NCBI GenBank assembly: GCA_000146045.2 | Contig: BK006943.2 | Coordinates: forward strand, 640,001-704,000 | DNA length: 64,000 nucleotides | From: TPA_inf: Saccharomyces | Taxonomy: Eukaryota | Direction of reading: 5' to 3' | Shown: in pieces, positions 53,701 through 64,000 of the stretch | Layout: each line of letters opens with the position of its first letter | Position numbering within the stretch: position 1 is the stretch's first letter | The notes under the pieces: generated by a model | Databases searched by the model: none | Seen by the model: the letters and a program-made list of their open reading frames with translations, nothing else | What the model was told of the DNA's origin: nothing | Position numbers and translations under genes: made by a program

Positions 53701-55696
53701 AAGAAGAATCTGAATCCTTTATAGTATTTTCTAAAGACGTCAAAGTTTCAGAGAGTCTGCTATCGACTATATCACATGTATATTGCAAGAAGCAGTAATG
53801 CGTCCATTGAAAATGTACATACAGTTCTTTATCTTTTTCGTCAGCAATTTGTTCTAACAGAGTATGCCACGACCTTATTCTTTTCTCGACTTTATTTCTT
53901 TGACTTTTTAGGTCTGCTGACTTATGTCCTTGAATCCGTTTATTTGTGATTTCCTCCACAATATTCCCTAAATGGTTAACAAGAAGTTCGTAAATCGATA
54001 AAGCCAAATATTTGCATTGCCTTTTGTTTTTGTTAATAAGTGCAAAAATGTTCGATTCGATTCCAAATACAAACCATAAAACAATTTTTAGAAGCTGAGA
54101 CTCCCAAAGGTAGTCTATAATGAGACGCCTTCCGTTTCCTTCATCGTAAGTTCCAAGCAATTTGAATAATAATTTCAAACGCACTTGATGGAAGTGAAGA
54201 TTGCCTGCATTCACTTCGGAAATAAAAGATCTGATGTGATCCGAGTCCAAATCATTTAAATATCTAGGAAAGCTCTCCTTATCATCAAATGCATTAGATT
54301 TCAGGAGCGCATTTAGTTGGAATAATTCCTCATTTTCGTTAGAACCACTGGACAAGTAGTCATTTTGGTTAAAAATATCAGTATATCTACTACTCCAAGA
54401 TTTCAAACATTCATAGAGATCAGTATAGGGAATAAATTTTTCGGGTTGTTTGTCACTAGAGCCAATGATAAATTTGGAAGCAAATGTGTCAAAATCGCAA
54501 AAGGGTAGAATGTGAATATATGACAACAACGTGTTGAACTCACCAAAAAATCTTTTATGAACGTCCATAACAAGCTCTTTTGAGTTTTCTTGTTCTCTTT
54601 CTTTAAAGCGTTTACTACTTCTTTGAAGAGGCTTCGTGCTATCGATATGTTCATCAGTTCTCTTGTTAGGCCTTGCTTCTTCATTAGTTTGGATATCCGA
54701 TGGAGCTAAATTCCCACTCTTATCATCTGCTCGTACACTCTCATTATCTTGCTCTTCTTCTTGTCGCTCAGACTCTCTATCTAAAGATGGTGTATTATTA
54801 ATTGCTTCCGATAGTTCAAACTTAACCGCTTCAATAGGTTCTTCAATTTCGTTATACGGATCCATATTCCTTCCAATAAGAGACGATGTTTTAACGCTGG
54901 GTAGTAAGTTTTTCAAAGCCTTCGCAACTTCATCCCATGATTCTTCATTCAAAGTGACATTAAACACGTCCAGCTTTTTCATTATTTCCTCATCTTGCTT
55001 TTTCATTTCTGATATTCTAGAAAGAATTGGACCAAAAGCTAGTGGTTCCGGCTTAATATCTTTGTACTTCTCCAAATGATATCTCTCAAAGATTGTGTTA
55101 TCCGATAAGTTGGGGACTAATAGTTTGTTCGTGAGTTCTACGTAGTTATTCATCATCAGAGTCAAATCGTTCAAAAGAAATTTACGATGTCGCCCCAACA
55201 AAAGTGAAAGATTTTCCTGCTTAGTGAATTCATATTCTGATATTAAACGTTCCAACTTGACACTATTAAAGCTCTTGAAGATGCGAGCCAGCAAATCTGT
55301 AACTGCAAAATCAGCATCGCTATGTTGAATAGACTCAACCAAGTTCTCAACTGCTTTTAAAATACAATTAACTAGTTCTTGTGAGTTCAACCTTTCATAG
55401 TTATTCTCCAAATACAGATGATAGTACATCCCTCTGTTCCTATAACATAGATATCGCAGGTTATCTAGCGTAGGAGAAGAATTGCGATACATGCCCCACC
55501 TATCAGGCTTGACGACATCAATCTGGAAGAGCTCTTGGAATTTGCTGTCCGACTTTTCGAAGTCCTTGTTTTTTAGATCAATCAGAGCGTCCTGCAAAAT
55601 ATTAAAACTCTGTTCTATTTGAAGCTCTCTTGAATGCTCCTCTGCTTCATATTGTTCACCTTCGATGTTTGAATTGAGGGCATTGAACATAGACAT
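50750..55696 (-). CDS. HIR3: HIR histone-chaperone complex subunit (CABIN1-like TPR-rich protein), 1648 aa
   Basis: Very long helical/TPR-like protein. Length and position match YJR140C. ATG at 55696. Confidence 0.82.
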   Translation of the reverse strand: MSMFNALNSNIEGEQYEAEEHSRELQIEQSFNILQDALIDLKNKDFEKSDSKFQELFQIDVVKPDRWGMYRNSSPTLDNLRYLCYRNRGMYYHLYLENNYERLNSQELVNCILKAVENLVESIQHSDADFAVTDLLARIFKSFNSVKLERLISEYEFTKQENLSLLLGRHRKFLLNDLTLMMNNYVELTNKLLVPNLSDNTIFERYHLEKYKDIKPEPLAFGPILSRISEMKKQDEEIMKKLDVFNVTLNEESWDEVAKALKNLLPSVKTSSLIGRNMDPYNEIEEPIEAVKFELSEAINNTPSLDRESERQEEEQDNESVRADDKSGNLAPSDIQTNEEARPNKRTDEHIDSTKPLQRSSKRFKEREQENSKELVMDVHKRFFGEFNTLLSYIHILPFCDFDTFASKFIIGSSDKQPEKFIPYTDLYECLKSWSSRYTDIFNQNDYLSSGSNENEELFQLNALLKSNAFDDKESFPRYLNDLDSDHIRSFISEVNAGNLHFHQVRLKLLFKLLGTYDEGNGRRLIIDYLWESQLLKIVLWFVFGIESNIFALINKNKRQCKYLALSIYELLVNHLGNIVEEITNKRIQGHKSADLKSQRNKVEKRIRSWHTLLEQIADEKDKELYVHFQWTHYCFLQYTCDIVDSRLSETLTSLENTIKDSDSSLDIAYPNYRHIPALNLNTVQSQKRKIRIIQNITVEDISEDTNSDTHSENHLETLEKVLLHILHPSTNHSNIDEEMVSFIFNSPFLLKIRLWGVLFSSYVKKSSIQDVQRIYFHVLDFMKGALTSPVYKESNPHGRHQMLLTVLTAIGYLSSQLTAILNSNRWESSDFVLEDYMFEKLLQTFFFFYTVLFYESSAVNDVSNKSFFKRASKSSGKMKDIMIDLATLILYYYDLQAKLRTPAEQGIETTELIWSLHTLFGHFHFCDASNGKFLDLAEKLLCQFINNDSFLQLKQILWCRYHYAIASDNFSPDLHDTKAVEMEKIHSLPLGTYLIKLQYQNKNPYLSSSKTTLKQIMDNIIEKIGDPSTLDNHIISRNSFLLNEYLSRPITADLLKHTFSGATSLYLTSPNDELQQGMTAGLFYVSSLQSLGLYKMRKKSMQARPSELDSIIRMLKNDIIYNTNRFESWILLGKCYSYIVEDDLIWTSDKITVPEKKDVIALTQRKAILCYLMAISIYYSKLDRTIDDKKIILEALDDLGSMLISGYYNPMNKLCFSWKSSAENTMRLSETGEVVMEKTKKITTISDFNIEQSIFLCFNRACSLSGDIKSQDDVFVLNWSSFYNLAKFFFKTDGGNNCKLVAKYITQGCQIAYESSPAKDPIIEPHYLLVNACYKWVKRGVIGVNEALTLLSKDNQFFQEQEEFWVNDEGLAWDYQEKFFFDKIIRLLRHLLSVDKKKWQHRPRYRIARILFDDLGDVNGALEEMDSLISAKSINKNLVNIWKPDFERPGKHFIYTYQYLVLYLDLLFAIKDFNTTGLVIKKLRRFGSGTVNVNELLERAINVYTQSAKIKLQLQDKSYVEQILPTLNYQEFLKISEQLNQVFDQGKYPEEISSGLKLAFQLKKGHSGIAFDSVCLGIYFEYLYFPLARQDQSLTDVNDENNPALPSSGSVTSKSTPDPTSKPSAIKKRVTKKEVFDRVRLLVDKIT
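50751..50756. promoter_or_regulatory. CTCACGTGATC Cbf1-type E-box about 230 bp upstream of HOM6, abutting the HIR3 stop codon
   Basis: Exact CACGTG with a flanking T and A that fit the Cbf1 preference. Location and role are inferred. Confidence 0.3.
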
Positions 55697-55905
55697 AATA
55701 AGCTTTATCTAGAATCTGTGTTGAGGTTCTAACTCCTTAAAGTGCCTTTACGGACCTGCCTTGCTACCGTCTATTTGTATTTCTGCTCTTCCCAACGTAA
55801 ACAATTCAATAAATAATTTCGCGATGGCACATAGTAACAAGCTGTTAAATCGAAGTAAAGAAAAGGAAAGTCAAGAAAACAAAGAGAGAAACAAATGCAA
55901 GGGTG

Positions 55906-56949
55906 ATGGTTCAATATGTGGTAGAATGGTTACCAAGGATACAGAGCATTTCAGTGGTAGTAGAAGGTTGGAAGCAGGTGGAGATAAAGAACTTGAAGGA
56001 CACACTCATGAGCATATCTGGTGATGAAGAACAAGTTGAAGATATTTTACTTCCAGTAGAAGTTGAAGAAAAAGTAGACGCTTCTTACAAGTTCAAAAAC
56101 AGAGGTAAAGACTTAGAATGGATGACGAAGTTAAGAAGCAAATCCTCTAAGATATATGACAGTTCTATCATGTCGCTTCCAGATGGAAGATGGACTAAAG
56201 AAGAGCTTCGCTCAGATTCTGATTTCTCGATAGAATGTCTTAACTGTAAGCAAAAAATTATAAGCAAAGATAACTGTCAAGTTTTGAATGATATGCCTTC
56301 AGAGTTTTGGTTCGAGTTAATGGATTATTGGCATTGCCACAAACCCGATGTTAAGGAAGACAAGTCTTCCTACACAAGATTTGAAACGCTAAAACCATCT
56401 AAAAACGAAATTTTAATTGGAAGCTCTTATTTTCAAGGCACTCCTGCGACTTTTGAAAATGTAGCGACTACAAAGGAAAATGATAATGTTTTATGCATAA
56501 AGTGCTCAGCAGTGTTAGGCCAAGTAACTGCTGGTTCGCTTTATAAACTACACAAATGGAAACTGCAGTTAATACGCAGTGGAAACACATACAAATTTCC
56601 TCCAGAATGTGACATTACAATTTCTTTAATAAACGTAGTTAAGGCAAACTCTTGTCGTTACGTACTAGTAAAATGTAAAACGGAATCATTGCTAGTTTGG
56701 ATATTTTCCGTTGACATTGGAGTCACATTGACGGGAAACAAAAGCTTCAAGAGAGCGATGAAGTTGCTTTACACAAACAGCGTTACCACAATAAATCGAT
56801 GTCTCAATCGACAAGTCGTCGAGGAATTAGATTTCCAAGAAACATCGTTTAATGCTTTTTACAGCGCCCTTCAACATACTAATGCACTTTTACCCTCAAG
56901 CATGAAAAAAATTGGTGAATGGACCATTAGCTATACATCACTAATCTAA
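55906..56949 (+). CDS. IPA1: UBE3D-like protein involved in mRNA 3' processing, 347 aa from ATG 55906
   Basis: Cys-rich C-terminal region. The track ORF starts on a GTG codon directly before the ATG. Length matches YJR141W. Confidence 0.72.
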   Translation: MVQYVVEWLPRIQSISVVVEGWKQVEIKNLKDTLMSISGDEEQVEDILLPVEVEEKVDASYKFKNRGKDLEWMTKLRSKSSKIYDSSIMSLPDGRWTKEELRSDSDFSIECLNCKQKIISKDNCQVLNDMPSEFWFELMDYWHCHKPDVKEDKSSYTRFETLKPSKNEILIGSSYFQGTPATFENVATTKENDNVLCIKCSAVLGQVTAGSLYKLHKWKLQLIRSGNTYKFPPECDITISLINVVKANSCRYVLVKCKTESLLVWIFSVDIGVTLTGNKSFKRAMKLLYTNSVTTINRCLNRQVVEELDFQETSFNAFYSALQHTNALLPSSMKKIGEWTISYTSLI

Positions 56950-57140
56950 TTTTAAGAACCATTCTCTTTCAAATTTGTACAAATATTGTCATCAAGTAAT
57001 AAATAGCTTCTTTTTTTTTTTAACATACAGTTGTAGAATTAACTTCGTTGGCCGAAGAATTGCACAACAATAGCGTTTGTTATATTACTAAATATAGGGG
57101 CTTTCTTGGGAACGAAAGTGAAACAAACGCTTTTAATACA

Positions 57141-58169
57141 ATGAAGGTCGAGAAATCATCTAAAGGCTTGGAAGTTTTAGTGAGGACACAGGAGGATGAT
57201 CTAGAGGGGTTCTCTTTCCTGGAGATTATGGACCGCGTAGACCCTTTACCATTAGACTTCGAGAATTACAAAAATTTCAAAGAGGGCATTTACTATATGT
57301 GTACACACGATGGCACAAAGATCGGTTTCGTGTTGAAATTTGCGATAAATGAAATGGAGACTGTTTGCTCGGAAATCTTCGAAGAAACCTTCCAATTAGA
57401 TGAATCTAGACATGAGTTAAGGTTTAAAAGTGAAGATTTTGATCATAGAAACAATCTAATTGACCAATTGGCTCGTAAAATGTATTTAGAATCATCCTTG
57501 AGTGGTGTGAAGGGCTGGAGAAACGAGAAATATGCCGTTTGGGTTAATAAAAAACCCTATGTACTGGTTGAGCGTGCAGTAGCAGGTGTTCTTGGTATAA
57601 TTACCTACGGGATTCATATTAATGGTTATGTGCTAGATCCAAAGTCAAAAAAAGTTCAGTTTTGGGTTCCAAGAAGATCTAAAACGAAACAAACATGGCC
57701 GCTAATGCTTGACAACATTATCGCCGGGGGATTAGGTTATCCTTATGGTATCTATGAAACAGTTTTGAAAGAAAGCATGGAGGAAGCCAATCTAGAAAAG
57801 AGTGTTATTGAGGATAACATTAAAGCAACTGGTTCAGTTTCCTACCTTTACTTTACGGGTGATATTTCTGTAACGAAGTTCAATAAGGAATCAGATTTTA
57901 TCGTAGGGGAAGTACAATATGTATACGATCTAAAACTCAGCGAAGACATCATTCCAAAACCAAACGATGGTGAAGTCGAGAGTTTCAATTTATTCAGCCT
58001 GCAAGAGACGATTAATGCTTTAAGAAAAAAAGAGTTCAAACCAAATTGTGCATTGGTAATGGTAGATTTCTTGATTAGACATGGCTACATCACTCCAGAA
58101 AATGAGCCCAATTATCTTGAACTAGTAACTAGAATGCACAGAAGGTTACCATTCCCCACCTTGAATTAA
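57141..58169 (+). CDS. Nudix-family hydrolase, 342 aa from ATG 57141
   Basis: Degenerate Nudix box near GGLGYPYGIYETVLKESMEEANL. The track ORF starts on TTG 93 nt upstream. Corresponds to YJR142W. Confidence 0.72.
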   Translation: MKVEKSSKGLEVLVRTQEDDLEGFSFLEIMDRVDPLPLDFENYKNFKEGIYYMCTHDGTKIGFVLKFAINEMETVCSEIFEETFQLDESRHELRFKSEDFDHRNNLIDQLARKMYLESSLSGVKGWRNEKYAVWVNKKPYVLVERAVAGVLGIITYGIHINGYVLDPKSKKVQFWVPRRSKTKQTWPLMLDNIIAGGLGYPYGIYETVLKESMEEANLEKSVIEDNIKATGSVSYLYFTGDISVTKFNKESDFIVGEVQYVYDLKLSEDIIPKPNDGEVESFNLFSLQETINALRKKEFKPNCALVMVDFLIRHGYITPENEPNYLELVTRMHRRLPFPTLN

Positions 58170-58325
58170 CATTCAAGAGGTTACCGGTTGATATCTAAAC
58201 AAATATAAAGAATTTTTTTCATATATACACATCTAGGTACATACTATCTAAGATCAAAAGTACTCTATTTTGTCACTAAACGGAGGAAGGCGTTCAGTTC
58301 GTTTGTGGTTAGTGAACAGAAAAAG

Positions 58326-60614
58326 TTACTTGGAGAAATTTAATTCTATGTCAAACCACTCTCTAGAAACAACTTCCGATGGTGACAAGCTGACATCTCC
58401 ATACACTAGTGGTGAAAAGTATACAAAAAACCACGCAACAGCACAGGAGACACACACCAAGAAGACGGTATAGGGTTTAACGTAGACCTTAGGGTTCCGT
58501 TCATATGATGCACCTGAAATATCCTCGTCTTTCTCCAAATCCAATGATTTGCAATCACTGAAAATTACTTCCCATAGTGCTCCTGAGAATAAGCACGCGA
58601 TTAAATGAGCTGGTAAGTAATGATGCAAAAACTTTTGACGCGCCATTAAAAAGAATGGAAAATAATGACAGCACCAGGAGACGAAGAAAAACATCAATGG
58701 GCCATACAGCTTTTCTCTGGTCATCTTGTTTAGGGCATAATAGCCACGATGTCTAGTAATTAAATCGGCCACGATAATGCCAACAAAAACAGCCAATGAT
58801 ATGACTTGGAACCACCACCCAATGATGTTACCAATGAAATATATTTGCTTCTTTTCGTCACCGTTGGTCCAGAACGAAACACCACTTAAACTACCGGGCC
58901 AACTGTAAGGTTCAGAGGCAAATGGATGCTCTGATGATAGTTTATTGTTATGTTCGAACATAGATTTTTGAGTTTCAATCCATTTCTTCAAGAATGGTAA
59001 TGGCTTAACAACCTTCGGAATATATACCTTCCGAACCTCGTCCAGGTTAACAATTTCATCAACAACCCAGTTATTTGAAGGATCAATAACTTTTTTGTTA
59101 CCATTAATTTCTTGTTGTTGGAACCCCCAATCCGGTAACAACTCGTCGTTGTGAGTCCACAAAGCTACGGAGGTATCAACGTGGAAAAGACGGAAAGAAA
59201 CCGTTTTACTCTTTAAAACGTGACCTTCATCTGATTTTTTCAGTGGTTGGAATGCAAAAAGTGTTTCAGGATATAATTCCCCATCACCTTCTTCTAAAGT
59301 TACTGTAGTGATTTCTTCATTGGTAGGGTAAAATGGGGAGGCGACATCATGGGCTAACAAGTAGGTATCGGTGGCTACATGTCTCAATCTTATATGCTGG
59401 TTCAATAGAACAGCTTGTCCTTTACCGACATCACTGCCATGGGGTGGTAACACTTCCCATTGATTGTTGAAGTCAGGATGCGTGTAACCAGTAACTTGTT
59501 GACCAGCGGATGAGATACGACCATCTTCATACCGTTGTGGGTAACGTGCCAAGTGAGAATGTAAGAATGCGTCAGTATCTTGATGTTTGATAGTGATAAT
59601 ATCAAAATAATTGACGGTTTTAGAGTCAACACTTAAGGGAGAGTCCTTAAGTGTTTCTTGAAATTCAGCAGACATAAATGCGTCGCCAGGACCTGAAGTA
59701 TTCAAAACGGTGAAATGAACCCAGAACCAAAACAAGTAAATCACAAATGGAATCAAAACTAAACCATTCAGCCTTTTACTAAAATGTCTCATGAACTGCC
59801 TCAAGGACAAACCCGCCTTGATGTCCAGTAATTGCCATAAGTTGACCACAGCAGCAAAACCAATAGCGGAATATGTCATAACACCAACATATTTTGTGGA
59901 AATCACGAAGGATAAAGACAAACCAGTAGCGTGTAACCAAATATACCAACTCCATGTAAAAGGTTGACGCAATTGGCACTTGTAGAAACGAACGTAACAA
60001 TACATAGTAGCAGCAATAGAAATAATCAAGATGGCATCCAGTAAAATCAGCCTAGTTTCTGTAACATGCGCAGTATCGATTGCAACCAAGAGAGATGCAA
60101 ACGCACATGTAATAGCCCTGAAATTCAGTTCCTTCAAAGTGTTGAACATAATTGGTACAGTCAATGTGCCCAATATCGCGTTGAAAGAACGGTACGCGAT
60201 ATATGGAGCTGGATGAGTTTCATAAGAATACCCAATCTCATCAAACTTAAAGGAACCATCATAGCCACATAACCAACCAATGAAGGCAATCATCATCTTA
60301 GCAAAAGGGGGATGAACGTCAAAGAAATAAGACCTTTCTAAGTAATACGATGCAAATTTCCCGAAATGTACCTCATCAAAAACAACTTCTTTTGGATACC
60401 AGATCTTATAAAATCTAGCAGCAAACGCTAATAAGGTAACAATTGTTACCCAAAAGCTATAACGTGATTCCGGTTCCGGTAGTGGCTGCAAGAGCCAATG
60501 TTCAGCAACTTGTTCACATTTAGGCGCGGCCTTCGTGTACTTCAACGAAGGATCGTCTACGTCCTTAGTGGAAGGTGGTAACTTCCCATGGTTACGTTTT
60601 TTGGGCACAGACAT
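58326..60614 (-). CDS. PMT4: Dolichyl-phosphate-mannose protein O-mannosyltransferase (GT39 family), 762 aa
   Basis: PMT N-terminal multi-TM domain, central MIR motifs and a C-terminal TM domain. Confidence 0.94.
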   Translation of the reverse strand: MSVPKKRNHGKLPPSTKDVDDPSLKYTKAAPKCEQVAEHWLLQPLPEPESRYSFWVTIVTLLAFAARFYKIWYPKEVVFDEVHFGKFASYYLERSYFFDVHPPFAKMMIAFIGWLCGYDGSFKFDEIGYSYETHPAPYIAYRSFNAILGTLTVPIMFNTLKELNFRAITCAFASLLVAIDTAHVTETRLILLDAILIISIAATMYCYVRFYKCQLRQPFTWSWYIWLHATGLSLSFVISTKYVGVMTYSAIGFAAVVNLWQLLDIKAGLSLRQFMRHFSKRLNGLVLIPFVIYLFWFWVHFTVLNTSGPGDAFMSAEFQETLKDSPLSVDSKTVNYFDIITIKHQDTDAFLHSHLARYPQRYEDGRISSAGQQVTGYTHPDFNNQWEVLPPHGSDVGKGQAVLLNQHIRLRHVATDTYLLAHDVASPFYPTNEEITTVTLEEGDGELYPETLFAFQPLKKSDEGHVLKSKTVSFRLFHVDTSVALWTHNDELLPDWGFQQQEINGNKKVIDPSNNWVVDEIVNLDEVRKVYIPKVVKPLPFLKKWIETQKSMFEHNNKLSSEHPFASEPYSWPGSLSGVSFWTNGDEKKQIYFIGNIIGWWFQVISLAVFVGIIVADLITRHRGYYALNKMTREKLYGPLMFFFVSWCCHYFPFFLMARQKFLHHYLPAHLIACLFSGALWEVIFSDCKSLDLEKDEDISGASYERNPKVYVKPYTVFLVCVSCAVAWFFVYFSPLVYGDVSLSPSEVVSREWFDIELNFSK

Positions 60615-60866
60615 CTGTACTTCTGTGGACTGTCAGAAAATATCTTGGTAAAATATGTATCGACAAACTTCTTAGTACAGTTAATATAGAAGTAAGGATT
60701 CGAGTGAGTAGTTTTGATAAAGCGCGTTTCATTATGCATATTTTTCATTTTTTATTTTTTTTGTCAAGAAATACACGAATAACATCACGAAATTTATCGA
60801 CAGAATAATGGAAGAAACTATTTAAAAAGACGGTAGAGACTAAAAAAGGAAAGAAAGGACAAGTAG

Positions 60867-61691
<825 letters not shown>

Positions 61692-61745
61692 TCAATATGC
61701 GAACCATATAAGCTAATTTTAGTAAGTATATATATTCCAATACAA

Positions 61746-61746
<1 letters not shown>

Positions 61747-61780
<34 letters not shown>
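61747..61780. repeat. (CA)17 microsatellite between the MGM101 and RPS4A 3' ends
   Basis: Read directly: 34 nt of uninterrupted CA. Confidence 0.9.
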
Positions 61781-61783
<3 letters not shown>

Positions 61784-62026
61784 GCATATATTGTGGTAGT
61801 GCGTAGTGTCAGTACGTCTTATCATACGCCTTCTATTTCAGGGTTAGCGTATTTTTACTATCAATATTACAATACGGATATATATACACACACCTAATAT
61901 ATATATTATACGTTATATTACTGCCAGTCGAAAAAGGAAGATACGATGTATTATTTTAAAATTCAATTTCTAATAAACATTAATGGAGATATACAAAAGA
62001 AGAAAATAATTAAGTTGTTATGAAAT

Positions 62027-63068
62027 TTATAAACCTTGTTGAGCTCTTCTTCTGTCACGTTCTTCAGCAATAGACAACTTGATACCCTTACCCTTTGGCA
62101 AAGAAATGTAAGGCTTACCTTGTTCACCGATGACGAAGACATTGTTCAATCTAGTGACGAAAGTGTTGTCCAAGGAGTCCTTGATGTGAACTAAATCGAA
62201 ACCACCATCGTGTCTTTCCTTGTGAACGATAGTACCGATACGACCCAAGTTACGACCACCAGTAACGTAAACCAACTTACCGGCATCGAACTTGATGAAA
62301 TCAGTAATCTTACCAGAGGCCAAGTCGATCTTAACAGTGTCATTGACCTTGATGTTTGGGTCTGGGTATCTGATAGTTCTACCATCGTGGGTAACAACGT
62401 ATGGAACACCCTTCTTACCTAATTGAACCTTCTTGACCTTACCCAACTTGTAAGAAGCTTCTTCATCGGTGATACGGTGGACAGCGAATCTACCCTTGAC
62501 ATCGTAGACCAATCTGAAGTTTTCATTGGTGGCATCTAGAGTGATGACATCCATGAAACCAGCTGGGTAGGTAGTGTCGGTTCTAACCTTACCGTCCACT
62601 TTAACGTGACGTTGCATCAAGATAGCCTTGACTTCACGGCCGTTCAAAGCATACTTTAATCTGTTTCTTAGAAAGACAATCAATGGCAAGGATTCACGCA
62701 ATTTGTGTGGACCAGCAGATGGTCTTGGGGCGTAACAACCGGACAACTTGTCCAATAACCAGTGGTGTGGAGCTGCTAATCTTTTTAGATGCTTCTTTCT
62801 GTACGGAAAAAAATGAGAAAAAAGGGCAAAAATGAATGTATAATGAAGATACAGACATTTTATTTTTTTCATTGTGCTCGTTAGTAAATCATTACTCGTA
62901 AAATATTTGTACAATCCCAGGATGATCTAAAATTAAATGGACATAAACTGGTTCATTGTTGTTCCTATTCGTTTGGTTAAGACTCCACTTGTTTCTTGTC
63001 TATCATTCTTCTCATCCTTGCGTAATTATAATCAAAGTCTATAGTCAAACATACGGTCCTCTAGCCAT
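62027..63068 (-). CDS. RPS4A: 40S ribosomal protein S4 (eS4), 261 aa, two exons: exon 1 63055..63068 and exon 2 62027..62798
   Basis: Exon 1 is ATGGCTAGAGGACC (M-A-R-G-P), followed by a GTATGT 5' splice site. Exon 2 begins aAAGAAGCAT, giving the eS4 N-terminus [18 protein letters not shown]. The spliced length is 786 nt, or 262 codons. Which paralogue (A or B) this is follows from the neighbouring genes. Confidence 0.92.
62799..63054 (-). other. Spliceosomal intron of RPS4A, 256 nt (5'SS GTATGT, branch point TACTAAC at about 62880-62886, 3'SS CAG)
   Basis: Canonical yeast splice signals read directly on the minus strand. The branch A lies about 80 nt from the 3' splice site. Confidence 0.85.
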
Positions 63069-63451
63069 CTTTGCGTATTGATTCTTTGGTTTGTTTTGGG
63101 CAGAAAAATCGCTATATAAGAAAGTATTTCAACACTAGATTAAATTATAGTATAATTTTTAATATACTAGTATTGCCGACAATCTCTGAAATTTCAATAC
63201 TACCACACAGAACAGGACTTGCCAGGGCCAGTCCGAGCCAGCCTAACTCCAAGACCACGTACTAAGTGAATTGCTACTCCCCCTTACCACGACTACAAAG
63301 AGCTACACGGCCTCCCGGCCTAGGCCGCTGCTACTTTCAACTGATGTCACCGAAAAAAATAACGGAAAACGACAGTTCAAGAAAAAAAGAACGCAGGAAG
63401 AAAAAGGAAGCAAAATTACAGAATGTACGGCTGTTTAAAAATAAATAGTGG

Positions 63452-63464
63452 ATGCATGGGTGCT
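63452..63464 (-). promoter_or_regulatory. Rap1-like site (TGCATGGGTG) about 390 bp upstream of the RPS4A ATG
   Basis: One mismatch to the Rap1 core TGTATGGGTG, at a typical ribosomal-protein promoter distance. Weak evidence. Confidence 0.25.
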
Positions 63465-64000
63465 TCCACGCGTCTCTGGGAAAAAAAACCAGGATATTTT
63501 AATGTTTGTTTATTTGTTTATTTCCTGCTGAACTGAATATTGAAAACATCGAAAAAATGCAGTACCCAGCTCTCCATTAGGACTTTTTACGTAATGACGA
63601 AAATGGACAAGCTGCGCAGGAAAGGACTACGAAAAGTATGCTGCCATAATGACAAGATAAGGCGCAACACACGTAATCATGACTAATGGTTGCACAGACG
63701 GTAGGCCAGGAGAAGGATTAGATCTCGTGCCGAACGACAGCAAGCTAGCTAGACTATGTTATCTGAGTGTAAACGAAAGCGCAGCAGTCTCTGCAAGAGC
63801 ACGTGCGACGTGTCTGGTGTGCAAAAACCCTCTAGAGAAACATTGCTAAGGTTTACCGATGCAGGAAATCTTTAGTTCTAAAAGATGAAAGTCGGAAAAG
63901 CCAAAAAGAAACCGGAAATCTTCTCTGCGCATTGTTCTGTGGCCACGGCCTTCCTGGACCCGTCCTTCTTTTACCCGAACTTTGTCGCCCAAAAGGCATC

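Noticed and set aside
63071-63448. ORFs 63071..63265 and 63266..63448 upstream of RPS4A
   Set aside because: They start on TTG or a weak ATG within the RPS4A promoter and 5' region, are low complexity and have no homology. They are likely spurious. The known dubious ORF YJR146W, if it is the one I recall, lies beyond the window end.

Overview
This window is ordinary nuclear DNA from budding yeast, not a prokaryotic locus. Protein content, gene order, spacing and strand pattern match Saccharomyces cerevisiae chromosome X right arm from about YJR115W to YJR145C. The order is TDA4, STE24, ILM1, JHD2, YJR120W, ATP2, IBA57, RPS5, YJR124C, ENT3, VPS70, RSF2, EFM3, STR2, MNS1, NMD5, XPT1, SGM1, MCM22, TIM8, TTI2, MET5/ECM17, IML1, HOM6, HIR3, IPA1, YJR142W, PMT4, MGM101, RPS4A. 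I recognised these from conserved motifs plus recalled gene order and protein lengths; none of this comes from a database search. I support about 30 protein-coding genes and see no CRISPR array, no prokaryotic operon or defence system, no tRNA gene and no Ty/LTR element. The supplied ORF track accepts non-ATG starts, so about a dozen genes are over-extended at the 5' end, and it misses the 14-nt first exon of the intron-containing RPS4A. I give corrected starts. My line-based coordinates for small motifs may be off by 1 or 2 nt; the ORF-track coordinates are authoritative. The most useful finds are a candidate small ncRNA in the RSF2-EFM3 intergenic region, the RPS4A intron, promoter elements consistent with known yeast regulons, and several microsatellites. 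One AC repeat at 1-28 would be in frame with the upstream partial CDS if that ORF is real. I find no evidence for a novel, undescribed system here; the premise of the prompt is not supported.
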